Part shown: in pieces, positions 62,044-64,000 of the stretch
Numbering within the stretch: the first letter of the stretch is position 1
How the letters are laid out: the number at the start of each line of letters is the position of its first letter
Source: Owenia fusiformis
Lineage: Eukaryota
NCBI GenBank assembly: GCA_903813345.2
Contig: CAIIXF020000001.1
Coordinates: 2,542,001-2,606,000, forward strand
Length of the DNA stretch: 64,000 nt
Direction: 5' to 3'
Notes under the pieces: model-generated
The model's database searches: none
What the model was told of the DNA's origin: nothing
What the model saw: only the letters and a program-made list of their open reading frames with translations
Program-made: the position numbers and the translations under genes

Positions 62044-64000
62044 GTAATGTTGCAATTGTGTTGTAATTGGTTGGGGTACCACTGAAGGTAATATTGCAGT
62101 TGTGTTGTAACTGGTTGGGGTACCACTGAAGGTAATGTTGCAATTGTGTTGTAATTGGTTGGGGTACCACTGAAGGTAATATTGCAGTTGTGTTGTAACT
62201 GGTTGGGGTACCACTGAAGGTAATATTGCAGTTGTGTTGTAACTGGTTAGGGTACCACTGAAAGTAATGTTGCAGTTGTGTTGTAACTGGTTGGGGTACC
62301 ACTGAAGGTAATGTTGCAATTGTGTTGTAATTGGTCGGGGTACCACTGAAGGTAATATTGCAGTTGTGTTGTAACTGGTTGGGGTACCACTGAAGGTAAT
62401 ATTGCAGTTGTGTTGTAACTGGTTGGGGTACCACTGAAGGTTATTTTGCAATTGTGTTGTAACTGGTTGGGTTACCACTGAAGGTAATATTGCAGTTGTG
62501 TTGTAACTGGTTAGGGTACCACTGAAAGTAATGTTGCAGTTGTGTTGTAACTGGTTGGGGTACCACTGAAGGTAATGTTGCAATTGTGTTGTAATTGGTT
62601 GGGGTACCACTGAAGGTAATATTGCAGTTGTGTTGTAACTGGTTGGGGTACCACTGAAGGTAATATTGCAGTTGTGTTGTAACTGGTTGGGGTACCACTG
62701 AAGGTTATTTTGCAATTGTGTTGTAACTGGTTGGGGTACCACTGAAGGTAATATTGCAGTTGTGTTGTAACTGGTTAGGGTACCACTGAAAGTAATGTTG
62801 CAGTTGTGTTGTAATTGGTTAGGGTACCATAGAAGGTAATTTTGCACTTGTGTTGTAACTGGTTGGGGTACCACTGAAGCTAGTATTGCAGTTGTGTTGT
62901 AACTGGTTGGGGTTTGACTGAAGGTAATATTGCAATTGTGTTTTAATTGGTTTGAGTACCACAGAAGGTAATGTTGCAATTGTGTTGTAATTGGTTAGGG
63001 TACCACCGGAGGTAATTTTGCAATTGTGTTGTAAGTGGATGGGGTTTGACTGAAGGTAATATTACAATTGTGTTGTAACTGGTTGGGGTTTGACTGAAGG
63101 TAATATTGCAATTGTGTTGTAATTGGTTAGGGTACCACTGAATGTAATATTGCAATTGTGTTTTAATTGGTTGGGGTACCACAGAAGGTAATATTGCAAT
63201 TTTTTTTAACTGGTTGGAGTACCACTGAATAGTCCATTTGTCATCCCTATACATCCAATAGTGAACCTAGAAATTGTTAAAAGTACGATGTTTTATGGTC
63301 GATTTATGATAATAAGAGTTTTCTGAAGTGATTTAACTGGCTTGGGCAAAAAATTATATAGGCTGATTAGGGAGGGGTGCAATCGTTTAACATGGCGTTG
63401 ACTATTGACTTAGTGTTGGGATACCACCATATACCTGGTATGTTACCATGGTAATAGATACAAAATTTTTCCCCAAAGTTATTTTTTTGGCAACCCAGCT
63501 AAATCACTCCCATAATCCCTAAAGATAGTATTTACACAGAAAAACATCATACTTTTAAATATTTATACGTTCAGAAAATGACAAATGGACTAGAAGGTAA
63601 TGTTGCAATTGTGTTTTAATTGGTTGGGGTACCACTGAAGGTAATGTTGCAATTGTGTTTTAATTGGTTGGGGTACCACAGAAGGTCATGTTGCAATTGT
63701 GTTGTAATTGGTTGGGGTACCACAGAAGGTAATGTTGCAATTGTGTTTTAATTGGTTGGGGTACCACAGAAGGTAATGTTGCAATTGTGTTGTTATTGGT
63801 TGGGGTACCACAGAAGGTAATGTTGCAATTGTGTTTTAATTGGTTGGGGTACCACAGAAGGTAATGTTGCAATTGTGTTGTAATTGGTTGGGGTACCACA
63901 GAAGGTAATGTTACAATTGTGTTTTAATTGGTTGGGGTACCACAGAAGGCAATGTTGCAATTGTGTTTTAATTGGTTGGGGTACCACAGAAGGTAATGTT
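62013..64000 (+). repeat. 44-bp tandem array (>=36 copies, runs off the window) duplicating the end of protease exon 24 plus its splice donor
   Basis: Unit tgtgttgtaactggttggggtaccactgaag|gtaat(g/a)ttgca(a/g)t; 264-bp higher-order periodicity. Confidence 0.97.
63230..63592. mobile_element. MITE with TAGTCCATTTGTCAT TIRs and 3-bp TSD GAA (Academ-like), inserted in the 44-bp array
   Basis: accact-GAA|TAGTCCATTTGTCAT ... ATGACAAATGGACTA|GAA-ggtaat; every neighbouring unit shows the empty site. Confidence 0.85.

Noticed and set aside
61815-63987. Several minus-strand ORFs up to 366 aa ([11 protein letters not shown]...)
   Set aside because: Antisense translations of the 44-bp donor array; no independent gene signals.

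Overview
AT-rich eukaryotic genomic DNA with spliced genes (GT-AG introns), probably from an invertebrate animal; a lophotrochozoan origin is a guess from repeat style only. Five coding units can be assembled by hand. (1) A 510-aa Pro/Gln/Thr-rich ORF (-, 1445-2977). (2) A very large multi-zinc-finger gene with a ~5.35-kb exon (-, 5278-12158), possibly joined to (1). (3) A 4-exon BLOC1S5/Muted orthologue (+, 25257-38069). (4) A 2-exon secreted single-domain Kunitz inhibitor (-, 42203-44281). (5) Head-to-head with the Kunitz gene, a >=24-exon ovochymase-like polyprotease (+, from 45500, running off the window): SP-CUB-CUB-Tryp-CUB-Tryp-CUB-Thr-rich-CAP-Thr-rich-CAP-Tryp. Intergenic and intronic DNA is packed with nested non-autonomous DNA transposons; no transposase ORF is present. 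The most striking pattern is that three unrelated genes each carry a long tandem array whose unit straddles a functional splice site (66 bp x14 at an acceptor; 52 bp x~33 and 44 bp x>=36 at donors), and a 46 bp x4 array straddles the BLOC1S5 stop codon. Almost every extra site would introduce a premature stop. All calls are by eye, with no database searches.
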